Shown piece by piece: positions 44,196 to 54,598 of a DNA stretch of 64,000 bases; positions within the stretch are counted from its first letter, which is position 1; every line of letters starts with the position of its first letter. Source of the stretch: Myxococcota bacterium (GTDB lineage Bacteria > Myxococcota_A > UBA796 > CAJQPC01); assembly GCA_036229005.1 (NCBI GenBank), contig JAZAMN010000020.1:192001-256000 (forward strand), written 5' to 3'. The position numbers were made by a program, and so were the translations under genes. The notes under the pieces are model-generated. The model ran no database searches. It was not told the DNA's origin and saw only the letters and a program-made list of their open reading frames with translations.

Positions 44196-46388
44196 ATGTT
44201 GCTGCTGCTGTCCTCCTTCTCCCTGGCCGCCCTCCCCGACTGCGAGGACTTCGACGCGGACTTCGGCCCGCCGCCCGAGGTGGATGAGGCCTGCGTGTCC
44301 GAGCCGGCCATCGGGACCTTCGACCCCCAGGTCAAGTGGCAGTGGGGCGAGAATCTGTCGGCGTCCGGCTACAACGAGGCCATCACCACACCGATGGTCG
44401 CCAACCTGACGGACGACAACGGCGACGGCGTCATCGACGAGGCCGACACCCCCGACGTGGTGTTCGTGTCCGAGACCTACTACGGCTGGGGCCAGGCCGG
44501 CGTGCTGATGGGCCTGTCCGGGAGCGACGGCTCCGAGCTGTTCGCGTGGCCCGACATCGGCGGGCACGGCTTCGTGGGGGGCAGCGGCGTGGCCATCGCG
44601 GACATCGACGCGGATGGCAGCCCGGACGTGTGCGTGGCGGGCACCACCTACGCGGTGATCTGCGCCGAAGTGGACGGCAGCCTCAAGTGGGCGGCGGGGT
44701 CTTCGGCCTCCGGCTCCTGGGGGGCCGCGGCCTACCCCGTGATCGGGGACATGGACGGCGACGGCTTCGGTGAGGTCGCCGTGGGCGCCGACATCTTCGA
44801 CTACGACGGCACCGCGCTCGGTCAGGGCGCGAGCTGGGACGGCAACCTGGGCGTGGGGCGCATGTCCCTGATGCTGGACGTGGACGGCGACAACCAGCTT
44901 GAGCTTGTGGCCGGCGGCGCAGCCTACGAGCGCGACGGCACGCTGGTCTGGGCCGGCAGCTACGACGGCTACACCGGCGCGGGGGACCTGGACGGGGACG
45001 GCGTGCCCGAGGTCGCCATCACCGGCGACGGCTACGTGACCGCAATCTCCACCCTGGACGGCAGCACGATCTGGCGCACCGCCATCCCCGGCGGCGGGCG
45101 CGGCGGGGCCCCGAACATCGCGGACTTCGACGGCGACGGGGAGGCCGAGATCGGTGTCGCGGGCGCCACCTACTACAGCGTGGTCGAGTCCGACGGCGTG
45201 GTGCTCTGGTCCACGCCCAGCGTCGACGCGTCCTCGAACGTGACCGGCAGCTCGGTGTTCGACTTCGAAGGGGACGGCCAGGCCGAGGTCGTCTACGCCG
45301 ACGAATACAGCCTCTACGTGCTCGCCGGCCCCACCGGCGAGGTGCTGATGGACGAGACCCGCCACGACTCGGCCACCTGGTTCGAGTACCCGGTGATCGC
45401 CGACCTGGACGGCGACGGCTCCAGCGAGATCCTGGTCAGCTCCTGCCGCTACCGCACCAACGGGGACTGGGTGGGGGTCACCGCCATCGAGTCCGCCAGC
45501 GGCTCCTGGATGGCCAGCCGCCCCATCTGGAACCAGCACGCCTACCACATCACAAACATCAACGATGACGGCAGCTTGCCCCTCCCTGCCGACGCCACGC
45601 TGGACCTGCACAACAGCTTCCGGGCGGGGGGACTCGTGGACGGCCCCTCCGACTGGCTGATCGACCTCTCGGTGGACCAGCAGGCCTGCGACTCCGGGTG
45701 CGGGCTGGTGGAGGTCAACTTTGCCGTCACCAACACGGGCATGCGCGACGCCACCGACGTTCAGATCACCCTGTTCCGCTACGAAGAGGGCATGCCCGTG
45801 GACCTGGCCAGCGACATCGTGGGCAGCGTGGCCAGCGGCGGGCGGAGCGTCCTCGATGTGGGCCTGGGGCGCGCAGACTGGGGCGACGGCGACCTGTGGG
45901 CGGTGGTCACCCACGACGCCTCCTTCCGCGAGTGCGACGAAGACAACAACCTGCTCAACCTGGGCCCCTTCCCCGGGGCGGACGCGGACCAGGACGGCGA
46001 CGGCGCTCTGCCCGTGGAGTGCGGCGGCGACGACTGCGACGACAGCGACCCCTGGGTGGGGCCCGACGCGCCCGAGATCCCCTACGACGGCATCGACAAC
46101 GACTGCGATGAGGGGACAGCGGATGACGACCTGGACGGAGACAGCTACCCCACCGCCCAGGATTGTGATGACCAGGACCCCGACGTGAACCCCGGCGCAG
46201 ACGAGGTCATCGGGGACGGCATCGACAACGACTGCGACGGCAGCGAGGAGCCCGACTGCGACGACTGCATCCTGGAGGACACCGTGCAGGGCGGCGGCGG
46301 CTGCGGCTGCGCGAGCACCCCCAGCGGAGGGGCCTTCGGGTGGATAGGCCTGCTGGTGGTCGGCGTGCTGATCCGCCGGCGGCGCTGA
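44196..46388 (+). CDS. FG-GAP repeat surface protein with Cys/Asp metal-binding repeats and MYXO-CTERM-like tail
   Basis: DxDGDGxxE repeats; DCDD..P...PE...DGIDNDCD; GCGC..hydrophobic..RRRR. Confidence 0.88.
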   Translation: MLLLLSSFSLAALPDCEDFDADFGPPPEVDEACVSEPAIGTFDPQVKWQWGENLSASGYNEAITTPMVANLTDDNGDGVIDEADTPDVVFVSETYYGWGQAGVLMGLSGSDGSELFAWPDIGGHGFVGGSGVAIADIDADGSPDVCVAGTTYAVICAEVDGSLKWAAGSSASGSWGAAAYPVIGDMDGDGFGEVAVGADIFDYDGTALGQGASWDGNLGVGRMSLMLDVDGDNQLELVAGGAAYERDGTLVWAGSYDGYTGAGDLDGDGVPEVAITGDGYVTAISTLDGSTIWRTAIPGGGRGGAPNIADFDGDGEAEIGVAGATYYSVVESDGVVLWSTPSVDASSNVTGSSVFDFEGDGQAEVVYADEYSLYVLAGPTGEVLMDETRHDSATWFEYPVIADLDGDGSSEILVSSCRYRTNGDWVGVTAIESASGSWMASRPIWNQHAYHITNINDDGSLPLPADATLDLHNSFRAGGLVDGPSDWLIDLSVDQQACDSGCGLVEVNFAVTNTGMRDATDVQITLFRYEEGMPVDLASDIVGSVASGGRSVLDVGLGRADWGDGDLWAVVTHDASFRECDEDNNLLNLGPFPGADADQDGDGALPVECGGDDCDDSDPWVGPDAPEIPYDGIDNDCDEGTADDDLDGDSYPTAQDCDDQDPDVNPGADEVIGDGIDNDCDGSEEPDCDDCILEDTVQGGGGCGCASTPSGGAFGWIGLLVVGVLIRRRR

Positions 46389-46389
46389 G

Positions 46390-46435
46390 TCCCTGGGCCG
46401 GGGTCCCTGGGCCGGGATCCCTGGGCCGGGGTCCC
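46390..46435. repeat. 14-bp tandem repeat x3 between convergent genes
   Basis: tccctgggccgggg / tccctgggccggga / tccctgggccgggg. Confidence 0.85.
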
Positions 46436-46445
46436 CGAAGCGGGC

Positions 46446-47060
46446 CTACTCCTCGGAGCGCGCGGCGGCCAGAGGTGCGTCGGCGGTGACCTCCAGCTCG
46501 TCGGGCACGGCGGGCTCCTCGGGGGCGGTGGCCAACACCACCTTTGCGGGGCGCAGCAGGCGATCATGGAGCTTGTACGCCGGCACCCACTGGGAGAGCA
46601 GCTTGCCGGGGTCCTGCTCGGCGCTGGCCTGCTGGGCGATGGCCTCCTGCCAGGCCGGGTCGAAGTCCGCGCCGGGCTCGACGTCCAGGCGGGTGACGCC
46701 GTGCTGCTTGAGGCGGGCCAGGAGTTGGGTGCGGGTGGCCTCGATGCCGGCGCGCAGGCCCGCGTCTTCCGGGCAGGCGGGGGTGGCCAGGGCCCGGTCC
46801 AGGTTGTCCAGGGCCTCCAGCAGGTCCTTGACCAGGGGCTCGGACGCGAAGCGGAGCTGGGTCTCGGCCTGCCCCTTGACCCGGCGCACCGTGTCGTCGC
46901 GGTCCTTCACGCTGCGCTCCACCACGTTCTGCAGCTCGCCCGCCTTGTGCTGGCTGTCTTCGAGCTGGCGCTCGGTCCCCTGGAGCTTCTGCCAGATCCA
47001 CGCAGCGGCCCCGCCCAGCGAGACCGACAACAGACCCAGTACGCCTACAATGACTTCCAT
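46446..47060 (-). CDS. grpE: GrpE nucleotide exchange factor with N-terminal TM
   Basis: DLLEALDNLDRAL, FDPAWQEAI, YKLHDRLLRPAKV. Confidence 0.85.
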   Translation of the reverse strand: MEVIVGVLGLLSVSLGGAAAWIWQKLQGTERQLEDSQHKAGELQNVVERSVKDRDDTVRRVKGQAETQLRFASEPLVKDLLEALDNLDRALATPACPEDAGLRAGIEATRTQLLARLKQHGVTRLDVEPGADFDPAWQEAIAQQASAEQDPGKLLSQWVPAYKLHDRLLRPAKVVLATAPEEPAVPDELEVTADAPLAAARSEE

Positions 47061-47129
47061 GTCCCCTCGCTAACGCGGCCCAGCGCATTAATGGGACCGT
47101 GAACGCCATTCACATCTGGAGCCTCCTCC

Positions 47130-48128
47130 ATGCAGCCCGTCCGTCTCGGCCGCTCCGGCCTCAAGGTCAGCCCCCTCTGCCTGGGCACCATGACCTTCGC
47201 CGACACCACCGACCTGAGCGTGGCCCGTCAGATCACCGACCTGTGCCTGGAGCGCGGGGTGTTCTTCTGGGACACCGCCGACATGTACTCCAAGGGCGCG
47301 AGCGAGGAGATGGTCGGCGAGCTGATGCGCGGCCGCCGCCAGGAGATCGTGCTGGCCACCAAGGTGTTCGCGCCCATGGGTCCGGGGGCCAACGACCGCG
47401 GCCTGAGCGCCCGGCACATCCACCAGGCCTGCGAGGCCAGCCTGCGCCGCCTGGGCACCGACTGGATCGACCTCTACTACCTGCACATCCCCGACGACAG
47501 CGTGCCTCTGGACGAGTCGCTGCGGGCCCTGGAGGACCTCGCTCGCAGCGGCAAGGTCCGCTACCTGGCCGCGAGCAACTACCGGGCCTGGGAGGTGATG
47601 GAGATGCTGCAGATCGCCGGCAGCCACGGCTGGCAGCCGATCTCCGCGGTGCAGCCCCTCTACAACCTGGTCAACCGCGACATCGAGGTCGAGCTGCTCC
47701 CCATGTGCCGGGCCAAGGGTCTGGGCGTGGTCAGCTACAGCCCCCTGGCGCGCGGCATCCTGACGGGCAAGTACCGCTGGGGCGAGCAGACCGAGAACAG
47801 CCGCCTGGCCCGCGCCGACAAGCGCTTCATGCAGGCCGAGTGGCGGCAGGAGTCCGTGTCCACCGCCGACGCGCTGGTCCAGCTCGGGGAGCAGCGCGGG
47901 GTCACCGCCGGCCAGCTCGCGATCGCCTGGGCCATGGCCAACGAGAACATCAGCTCCGTCATCCTGGGTGCGCGCACGCTGGAGCACGCCCGCCAGGCGC
48001 TGGACGCCGCGGACATCCAGTGGGACGCCGAGCTGGAGGCCGCCTGCAACGCCCTGATCCCCCCGGGCTGCCACTCGGGCAAGGCCTTCCCCGACGACCA
48101 GTACCCCATCACCGGTCGGGTGATCTGA
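47130..48128 (+). CDS. Aldo/keto reductase
   Basis: LGRSGLKVSPLCLGTM, DTADMY, SLRRLGTDWIDLY, YSPLARG. Confidence 0.93.
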   Translation: MQPVRLGRSGLKVSPLCLGTMTFADTTDLSVARQITDLCLERGVFFWDTADMYSKGASEEMVGELMRGRRQEIVLATKVFAPMGPGANDRGLSARHIHQACEASLRRLGTDWIDLYYLHIPDDSVPLDESLRALEDLARSGKVRYLAASNYRAWEVMEMLQIAGSHGWQPISAVQPLYNLVNRDIEVELLPMCRAKGLGVVSYSPLARGILTGKYRWGEQTENSRLARADKRFMQAEWRQESVSTADALVQLGEQRGVTAGQLAIAWAMANENISSVILGARTLEHARQALDAADIQWDAELEAACNALIPPGCHSGKAFPDDQYPITGRVI

Positions 48129-48174
48129 GGGGGAGCGCGCGGGTTAGCGTCAGGGGCACCTGACAGGAGCCCCC

Positions 48175-48975
48175 ATGTCCGTGCGCTTTGAAGCTGACGC
48201 CGAGCTGCCCCATCTGTGGTGGCTCACCCTGGACCGCCCCGAGGCCCGCAACGCCTGGAGCGACGAGATGCTGGCTGCCTTCCTGGCGGCCATCGACCAG
48301 GCCGAGGCCGATGACGAGGTGCGCTGTGTGGCCCTGACGGGCGCTGGGCGGGCCTTCTCCGCGGGTGGGGATCTCAAGGCCATGCGCGACAAGGCGGGCA
48401 TGTTCGAGGGCGGGCCCGTCACCCTCCGCTCCCGCTACACCCGGGGCATCCAGTCCATCCCCCGGCGCCTGGCCCGCTTCGACAAGCCCCTGATCGCGGC
48501 GGTCAACGGCGCGGCCATCGGGGCCGGCCTGGATCTCGCCTGCATGTGCGACATCCGGGTGGCCGTGAACTCCGCCAAGATGGGCAGCACCTTCGTCAAG
48601 GTGGGGCTGATCCCCGGCGACGGCGGCGCCTGGCTGCTCTCCCGCACCATCGGCTACCCGCAGGCCATGGACATGATTCTCTCCGGTCGCGTGATCACGG
48701 CCGAAGAGGGCCTCAAGATGGGCCTCGTGCACGAGGTCTGCGAGCGCGACGTGCTGGAGCCCGCCGTTCGGCGCCGGGCCTCCGAGATCCTGGCCAACTC
48801 CCCCCTGGCGGTGCGGCTCGCGAAGTCCGCGATGCAGCGCTCCTGGGACCTGCCCATGGACACCGCGCTGGAGCTGGCGGCCACCTACCAGGGCGTCGTG
48901 CAGAACACGGACGACCACCTGGAGGGCGTCAGCGCCATCCTGGAGAAGCGGGATCCGGAGTTCAAGGGCCGGTGA
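48175..48975 (+). CDS. Enoyl-CoA hydratase/isomerase family protein
   Basis: AFSAGGDL, KPLIAAVNGAAIGAG, GLIPGDGG. Confidence 0.92.
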   Translation: MSVRFEADAELPHLWWLTLDRPEARNAWSDEMLAAFLAAIDQAEADDEVRCVALTGAGRAFSAGGDLKAMRDKAGMFEGGPVTLRSRYTRGIQSIPRRLARFDKPLIAAVNGAAIGAGLDLACMCDIRVAVNSAKMGSTFVKVGLIPGDGGAWLLSRTIGYPQAMDMILSGRVITAEEGLKMGLVHEVCERDVLEPAVRRRASEILANSPLAVRLAKSAMQRSWDLPMDTALELAATYQGVVQNTDDHLEGVSAILEKRDPEFKGR

Positions 48976-49050
48976 ACCCAGCCGCTAGAGGCGCGTAAGC
49001 ACGAGGCACAGCGGGCCGGCGTACTCCCTGTCGAAGACAAGGAGGCTCCC

Positions 49051-49962
49051 ATGCCCGAGAACGCACCCGCTGACGCCCCTCCCACCGACGCCGTCACAGC
49101 GACCGACGCCCTGAGCTCCGCCGGGCAGGCCGCACAGCAACTGGGCGACGACCCCATGGGCACCCTGTCCGTGTGGCTGGAGCCGCTGGTGGACAGCGGC
49201 CTGGACATCGGGCTCAAGCTCCTGGGCGCTGTGATCCTGTGGTTCGTCGGCCGCATCGCCATCCGCATGGTCAAGAAGACCGTCGGCGTGCAGCTCGAGA
49301 AGCGCAAGATCGACGCGACCATCATCCGCTACGCCGACTCCGCGCTGAACATCCTGCTGAACCTGCTCCTGGTCCTGGCCATCCTGTCGGTGTTCGGCAT
49401 CGAGACCACCACCTTCGCGGGCCTTCTGGCTGCGGCGGGTGTGGCCATCGGAATGGCCTGGAGCGGGCTGCTCTCCAACTTCGCCGCCGGGGCCTTCCTG
49501 ATCCTGCTGCGGCCCTTCAAGGTCGGGGACTTCATCGAGGCGGGCGGGGTGACCGGCACGGTGCAGGAGATCGGCCTGTTCGTGACCGCCGTGAACACCC
49601 TGGACAACGTGCGGGTGTTCGTGGGGAACAACGCCATCTTCTCCGGCAACATCAAGAACTTCCACACCAACGACTACCGCCGCGTGGATCTGGTCGCCCA
49701 GCTCCCCCACGGCGTGGACCCCCGGGACGCCATCGCGCAGCTCAAGGTGGCCCTGGCCGAGATCCCCAACACGGTCAAGGAGGCCAGCGTGGAGATCCTG
49801 GAGTTCAACCTGGCCGGCCCGGTGCTCGCGGTGCGCCCCTTTGTGCACAACGACAACTACTGGCAGGTGTACTTCGACACCAACGCGGCCATCCGCGATG
49901 TGTTCGCCAAGGCCGGCTACCCAGTCCCCCAGAAGCACCTGCAGATCCAGCAGGCGTCCTGA
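49051..49962 (+). CDS. mscS: Small-conductance mechanosensitive channel
   Basis: LLSNFAAG, RPFKVGDFI, GTVQEIGLF. Confidence 0.9.
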   Translation: MPENAPADAPPTDAVTATDALSSAGQAAQQLGDDPMGTLSVWLEPLVDSGLDIGLKLLGAVILWFVGRIAIRMVKKTVGVQLEKRKIDATIIRYADSALNILLNLLLVLAILSVFGIETTTFAGLLAAAGVAIGMAWSGLLSNFAAGAFLILLRPFKVGDFIEAGGVTGTVQEIGLFVTAVNTLDNVRVFVGNNAIFSGNIKNFHTNDYRRVDLVAQLPHGVDPRDAIAQLKVALAEIPNTVKEASVEILEFNLAGPVLAVRPFVHNDNYWQVYFDTNAAIRDVFAKAGYPVPQKHLQIQQAS

Positions 49963-50065
49963 CGGCTGCGGGGCGGGCGAGCGGTCGACGCCAGGGTCAC
50001 CTCGCCGATGGGATCGTGCTAAGCACGCGGGTCACACACACGCATCTGAAAGCGGAGTACCCCGA

Positions 50066-52102
50066 ATGCTGCTTGTGCTCTCCAGCCTGCTCGCCTGCCC
50101 CAAGGAGACCGCGGTCGAGGCCGCGGCCCCCGTCACCCCGGAGCTGCCCTCCTACGCCACCACCGTGCTGGCCGACATGGACCCCAGCGCGGACGCCTGC
50201 TCGGACTTCTACCAGTTCGCCTGCGGCGGCTGGATGGCCCGCACCGAGCTGCCCGCGGACAAGCCCTCCTGGACCCGCTCCTTCTCGGTGATCGCCGAGT
50301 CCAACCGGGCCTTCCTCAAGGAGAAGCTGGAGGCCGCCGCGGCCGACCCCTCCGCCGGGGACGAGAACTGGGCCAAGCTGGGCGCCGCCTACGGGGCCTG
50401 CATGGACGATGAGGCCCGCAACGCCGCCGGCGTGGGCGCTCTGGACGCCATGCACACCCAGGTGATGGCGCTCAAGGGCACCGCGGACCTGCCCGCCCTG
50501 ATCGGCCAGATGAACCTGATCGGCGCCGACCCCTTCTACGGGAACTACATCGAGGGCGACTACAAGGACCCCACCCTGACCATCCTGCACATGGGCCAGG
50601 GCGGCCTGGGCCTGCCCGACCGCGACTACTACCTCAAGGACGACAGCGCCGAGCTGCTGGCTTCCTACGAGGCGACCATCGCGAGCCTGCTGGAGCAGGC
50701 GGGCTGGGCCGACGCCGAGACCGCTCCCGAGATGGCCAAGGCCGTCGTCGCCTTCGAGACCGAGCTGGCCAAGGTGCACGTGCCCCGCGCCGAGCTGCGC
50801 GACCCCACCACGACCTACCACCGCATCGAGCGCGAAGGCCTGGTCGAGCAGGTGGGCGTGATCGACTGGGAGGCCACCTTCACCGCGATGGGCGGCCCCG
50901 ACATCACCACCATCAACGTCGAGCGCCCCGAGGTGCTGGCCGCGACCTTCAAGCTGGTCGACGAGACCGACGCCGCCACCCTGCAGGCCTACCTGAGCTG
51001 GCGCCTGCTGAGCAGCATGGGCTCCAACCTGCCCCCCAGCATGTACGGCACCCTCTTTGACTTCTACGGCAAGCAGGTGCAGGGCCAGGCCGAGCCCGAG
51101 GCGAGCTGGAAGCGCTGCGTGCGCTACACCGACGGCGCGCTGGGCGAGGCCCTGGGCCAGTTCTTCGTGGCCGAGCGCTTCTCCGGCGACTCCAAGCCCA
51201 AGGCCGAGGAGATGATCGCCAGCATCCAGGACAACTTCGAGGAGCGCCTCCCCGAGTTGGACTGGATGGACGAGGACACCCGCGGCGCCGCCGTGGAGAA
51301 GAAGAACACCCTGGTCAACCAGATCGGCTACCCGGATACGTGGAAGGACTACAGCGAGCTGGCCGTGTCCCAGGACCACCTGGCCAACGTGCTGGCCAGC
51401 CACCACTTCGAGACCGCCGAGGCCGTCGCCCGCATCGGCAACCCCACCGACCCCAAGCGCTGGCTGATGAGCCCGCCCACGGTCAACGCCTACTACCACC
51501 CGCTCTACAACCAGATGGTGTTCCCGGCGGGCATCCTGCAGCCCCCCTTCTACGACGCCGAGTTCCCCATGGCGATGAACTACGGGGCCATCGGCATGGT
51601 CATGGGCCACGAGCTGACCCACGGCTTTGACGACCAGGGCCGCAAGTTCGACCCCCAAGGCCGCATGAACGAGTGGTGGACGCCCCAGGCCAGCGAGAAC
51701 TTCGAGGGCCGCGCCGACTGCGTGGTCGAGCAGTTCAACGGCTTCTCCGTGGGCGAGGACCTGAGCGTCAACGGCGAGCTCACCCTGGGCGAGAACATCG
51801 CGGACCTGGGCGGCCTCAAGGTCTCCTTCGCCGCGTTCCAGGACTACAAGGCCGCAAACGAGCTGCCCGCGGAGCCGATCCCCGGCATCACCCAGGACCA
51901 GCTCTTCTTCCTGGCCTACGCCCAGGCCTGGTGCACCAAGGCCAGCCCCGAGTACGAGAAGATGCAGGTGCTGAGCGATCCCCACAGCCCCGCGCGCTAC
52001 CGTATCCAGGGCCCCCTGGCCAACCTGCCGGAGTTCCACGAGGCCTTCGGCTGCGAGGCCGGCACCCCGATGCACCCCGAGAACACCTGCGAGGTCTGGT
52101 AG
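50066..52102 (+). CDS. M13 (neprilysin-like) metallopeptidase lipoprotein
   Basis: LLAC; DFYQFACGGW, VNAYY, HELTHGFD, GENIAD. Confidence 0.94.
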   Translation: MLLVLSSLLACPKETAVEAAAPVTPELPSYATTVLADMDPSADACSDFYQFACGGWMARTELPADKPSWTRSFSVIAESNRAFLKEKLEAAAADPSAGDENWAKLGAAYGACMDDEARNAAGVGALDAMHTQVMALKGTADLPALIGQMNLIGADPFYGNYIEGDYKDPTLTILHMGQGGLGLPDRDYYLKDDSAELLASYEATIASLLEQAGWADAETAPEMAKAVVAFETELAKVHVPRAELRDPTTTYHRIEREGLVEQVGVIDWEATFTAMGGPDITTINVERPEVLAATFKLVDETDAATLQAYLSWRLLSSMGSNLPPSMYGTLFDFYGKQVQGQAEPEASWKRCVRYTDGALGEALGQFFVAERFSGDSKPKAEEMIASIQDNFEERLPELDWMDEDTRGAAVEKKNTLVNQIGYPDTWKDYSELAVSQDHLANVLASHHFETAEAVARIGNPTDPKRWLMSPPTVNAYYHPLYNQMVFPAGILQPPFYDAEFPMAMNYGAIGMVMGHELTHGFDDQGRKFDPQGRMNEWWTPQASENFEGRADCVVEQFNGFSVGEDLSVNGELTLGENIADLGGLKVSFAAFQDYKAANELPAEPIPGITQDQLFFLAYAQAWCTKASPEYEKMQVLSDPHSPARYRIQGPLANLPEFHEAFGCEAGTPMHPENTCEVW

Positions 52103-52108
52103 TCCACC

Positions 52109-53287
52109 GTGACCCCCCGCCCCCCTGGCGCTGACCGCCTGCTCGTCGTCGTCTCCGACACGGAGCTCGGGGCGGGTGGGGTCACGGACGACTTCCCCCA
52201 GTCCGAACACCTGGGCCGCCTGCTGCTGGAGTACCGGCAGCGGGTCAGCGAGCCCATCGACTTTGTGTTCAACGGCGACACCTTCGACTTCCTCAAGACG
52301 CGGGTGTCCGGCCGCTGGCCCCTGCACGTCACCGCCGACCTGGCCGTGGCCAAGCTGCACAACATCCACCGGGCGCACGGTCCCTTCTTTGACTGCCTGC
52401 GGCAGCTCGCGGCCAGCCCCGACACGAACCTTCACTTTGTGGTCGGCAACCACGACCCGGACCTGGTCTTCCCCCACGTCCAGCGCATGCTGCGTCGCCT
52501 GCTGGACGACGACGGCAGCTCCGCGCACTTCCCCGGCTTCACCCTACGCTTTGGTGATGTCCACATCGAGCACGGCAACCAGGCCGACGCCATGTTCCGC
52601 GTCGACCCCACCCGCCTCTTCTCCGAGCTCAAGGGGCGCCCGCTGCTGGCCCTCCCCTGGGGCAGCGTCGCCATCCTGGAGGTGGCGATGCCCATGCAGC
52701 CGGTGCTCTACCACTTTGACCGCGTCAAGCCGCGCGAAGAGCTGATCGCCCAGGTCCCCGAGCTCCAGGACCTGCTCACCAGCGCCTACTACCAGTACTG
52801 GCGCGAGCACGGCCGGAGCTGGATGCGCCGCGACGACCCCGTGCGCAAGCTCTCCTGGACCGCGTTCAAGGAGATCCTCTACCGCTTCGGCACCCGCGAT
52901 CTGAACCTCTCGGTCGGCGACCACTACCAGAAGCTGGTCATGGGCGGCCCCATCCGCACGGCCATCATCGGCCACCTCCACGCCGCCGGCTGGTGGACCA
53001 GCGCCGACCGCCGGGTGCTCACCCTGGGCTGCTGGCGCAACGAGTTCACCTTCGCCGACGGCGGCTTCGAGCCCCTGAACTGCGTGCACGCCGAGGTCTG
53101 GATGAAGGGCGATCGCTCCCTGAGCGCCCAGCTCGTCGAGCACCCCGCGCCCCCGCTGCCCGCCGGCTACGTGCCCCCCATCCACAAGCAGCTCCCCGAG
53201 CTCCGGCGCCTGCTCTCAGAGGGCGATCTGGAGGGGGTCAAGCGGGCTTGGGAGCGGCAGGAGACGCTCGACCAGACCTTGTCGTAG
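52109..53287 (+). CDS. Calcineurin-like metallophosphoesterase
   Basis: VVSD, NGDTFD, GNHD, EHG, GHLH. Confidence 0.8.
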   Translation: MTPRPPGADRLLVVVSDTELGAGGVTDDFPQSEHLGRLLLEYRQRVSEPIDFVFNGDTFDFLKTRVSGRWPLHVTADLAVAKLHNIHRAHGPFFDCLRQLAASPDTNLHFVVGNHDPDLVFPHVQRMLRRLLDDDGSSAHFPGFTLRFGDVHIEHGNQADAMFRVDPTRLFSELKGRPLLALPWGSVAILEVAMPMQPVLYHFDRVKPREELIAQVPELQDLLTSAYYQYWREHGRSWMRRDDPVRKLSWTAFKEILYRFGTRDLNLSVGDHYQKLVMGGPIRTAIIGHLHAAGWWTSADRRVLTLGCWRNEFTFADGGFEPLNCVHAEVWMKGDRSLSAQLVEHPAPPLPAGYVPPIHKQLPELRRLLSEGDLEGVKRAWERQETLDQTLS

Positions 53288-53398
53288 CGCGCCCCGGGGC
53301 GCGCTCCTTCCCAGCCGCACCTCGCGCGCAAGTGGGATGGCTGTAGGGTCACAGACGAGGACAGGCTGGTGATGTTGGGCCCCTGATTGGAGTGCGCA

Positions 53399-54595
53399 AT
53401 GATCCCCTTCCTCCTCCTGTTCTCTCTGGCCTGCAAGGACGGCGGCGGCGTCGATGACTCCCAGGTCACGGGGACGGACGACACCCAGAGCGGCGACGAC
53501 ACGGGCGCCGAGTGTCTGGAGGCGAGCGCCCCCAGCGGGCTCACCCTGGTCGGCGAGGCCACGCCCCTGACCGCCCCGACCCTGACCTGGACCGAGCCGG
53601 TGGAGGGCTGCGCGCAGACCGTGGAGATCCAGCTCGCGCTGGGCGATGGGAGCGATCCGGCGGCCTGGCTGGACTGGACCGCCGTGACCCAGCCCTGGGA
53701 CGGCAGCCTGAGCACCCCGCTGCCCTTGGAGGGTGAGGTCGTGGCCTCGCTGCGGGCGGTGGACGCCCTGGGGAACCAGTCCGAGGCCGTCAGCGCCAGC
53801 TTCACCATGTGGAGCCCCAGCGCGCTGGAGGGGATGGTGGCCTGGTACGACTTCGCGGACACGGACACCCTACTGGGCACGGGCTGCTCGGCCCCCGCCG
53901 CCGAGGGCGAGGTGATCCACTGCGTGGACGACAAGTCCGGCAACGGCAACGACCTGAGCGACGCCGACGCGGGCGAGGGCTACCCCGACTTTGACGGGCC
54001 CCTGCGCACGACGCTGAACGGGCGGGCGGCCGCGGACTTCCACGGCCAGCGCCTGCTGTGGGTGCCGCACAACGACTCGATCGGCTTCCAGGCCCCGGGC
54101 ATGGTGGCGGTCTGGGTGGACGCGCCCAGCCGCGTGAACGACTACACGGGCGAGTACCCCCTGAACAAGGAGGGCGCCTACGAGTTCGCCTACCGCGAGG
54201 GGCAGCTCAAGGCGGCCATCGAGACCGAGGCCAGCGGGCGCTGGGAGTGGGGCACCGTGGACCCGGGCGCGAGCCCGGAGCTGCAGCTCAACGCCTTTGT
54301 CTACGACGGGACCAACTGGGTGTTCCGCCGGAACGCAGAGCCGCTGGGGCTGATGTCGCCGGCGGGCAACCAGACCGGGCTAACCAACGCCGGCTACTAC
54401 GAGCTCCACTACGGCGGGCAGACCTTTGTGATCACCGAGACCCCGCTGGTGATCGGCGGGCGGCCCCTGGGCAACAGGGTGAGCTACGAGGCCGTGCAGG
54501 GCGAGCTGCTGCTCTTTGACCAGGTCCCCACCGGCACCGACCTGAACCTGCTGGAGCGCCAGCTCATGGAGAAGTGGCAGATCGCCACGGAGTAG
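53399..54595 (+). CDS. Lipoprotein with FN3-like and LamG-like domains
   Basis: FSLAC; RAVDALGN; AWYDFAD..DKSGNGN..; GELLLF..LMEKW. Confidence 0.7.
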   Translation: MIPFLLLFSLACKDGGGVDDSQVTGTDDTQSGDDTGAECLEASAPSGLTLVGEATPLTAPTLTWTEPVEGCAQTVEIQLALGDGSDPAAWLDWTAVTQPWDGSLSTPLPLEGEVVASLRAVDALGNQSEAVSASFTMWSPSALEGMVAWYDFADTDTLLGTGCSAPAAEGEVIHCVDDKSGNGNDLSDADAGEGYPDFDGPLRTTLNGRAAADFHGQRLLWVPHNDSIGFQAPGMVAVWVDAPSRVNDYTGEYPLNKEGAYEFAYREGQLKAAIETEASGRWEWGTVDPGASPELQLNAFVYDGTNWVFRRNAEPLGLMSPAGNQTGLTNAGYYELHYGGQTFVITETPLVIGGRPLGNRVSYEAVQGELLLFDQVPTGTDLNLLERQLMEKWQIATE

Positions 54596-54598
54596 CGG

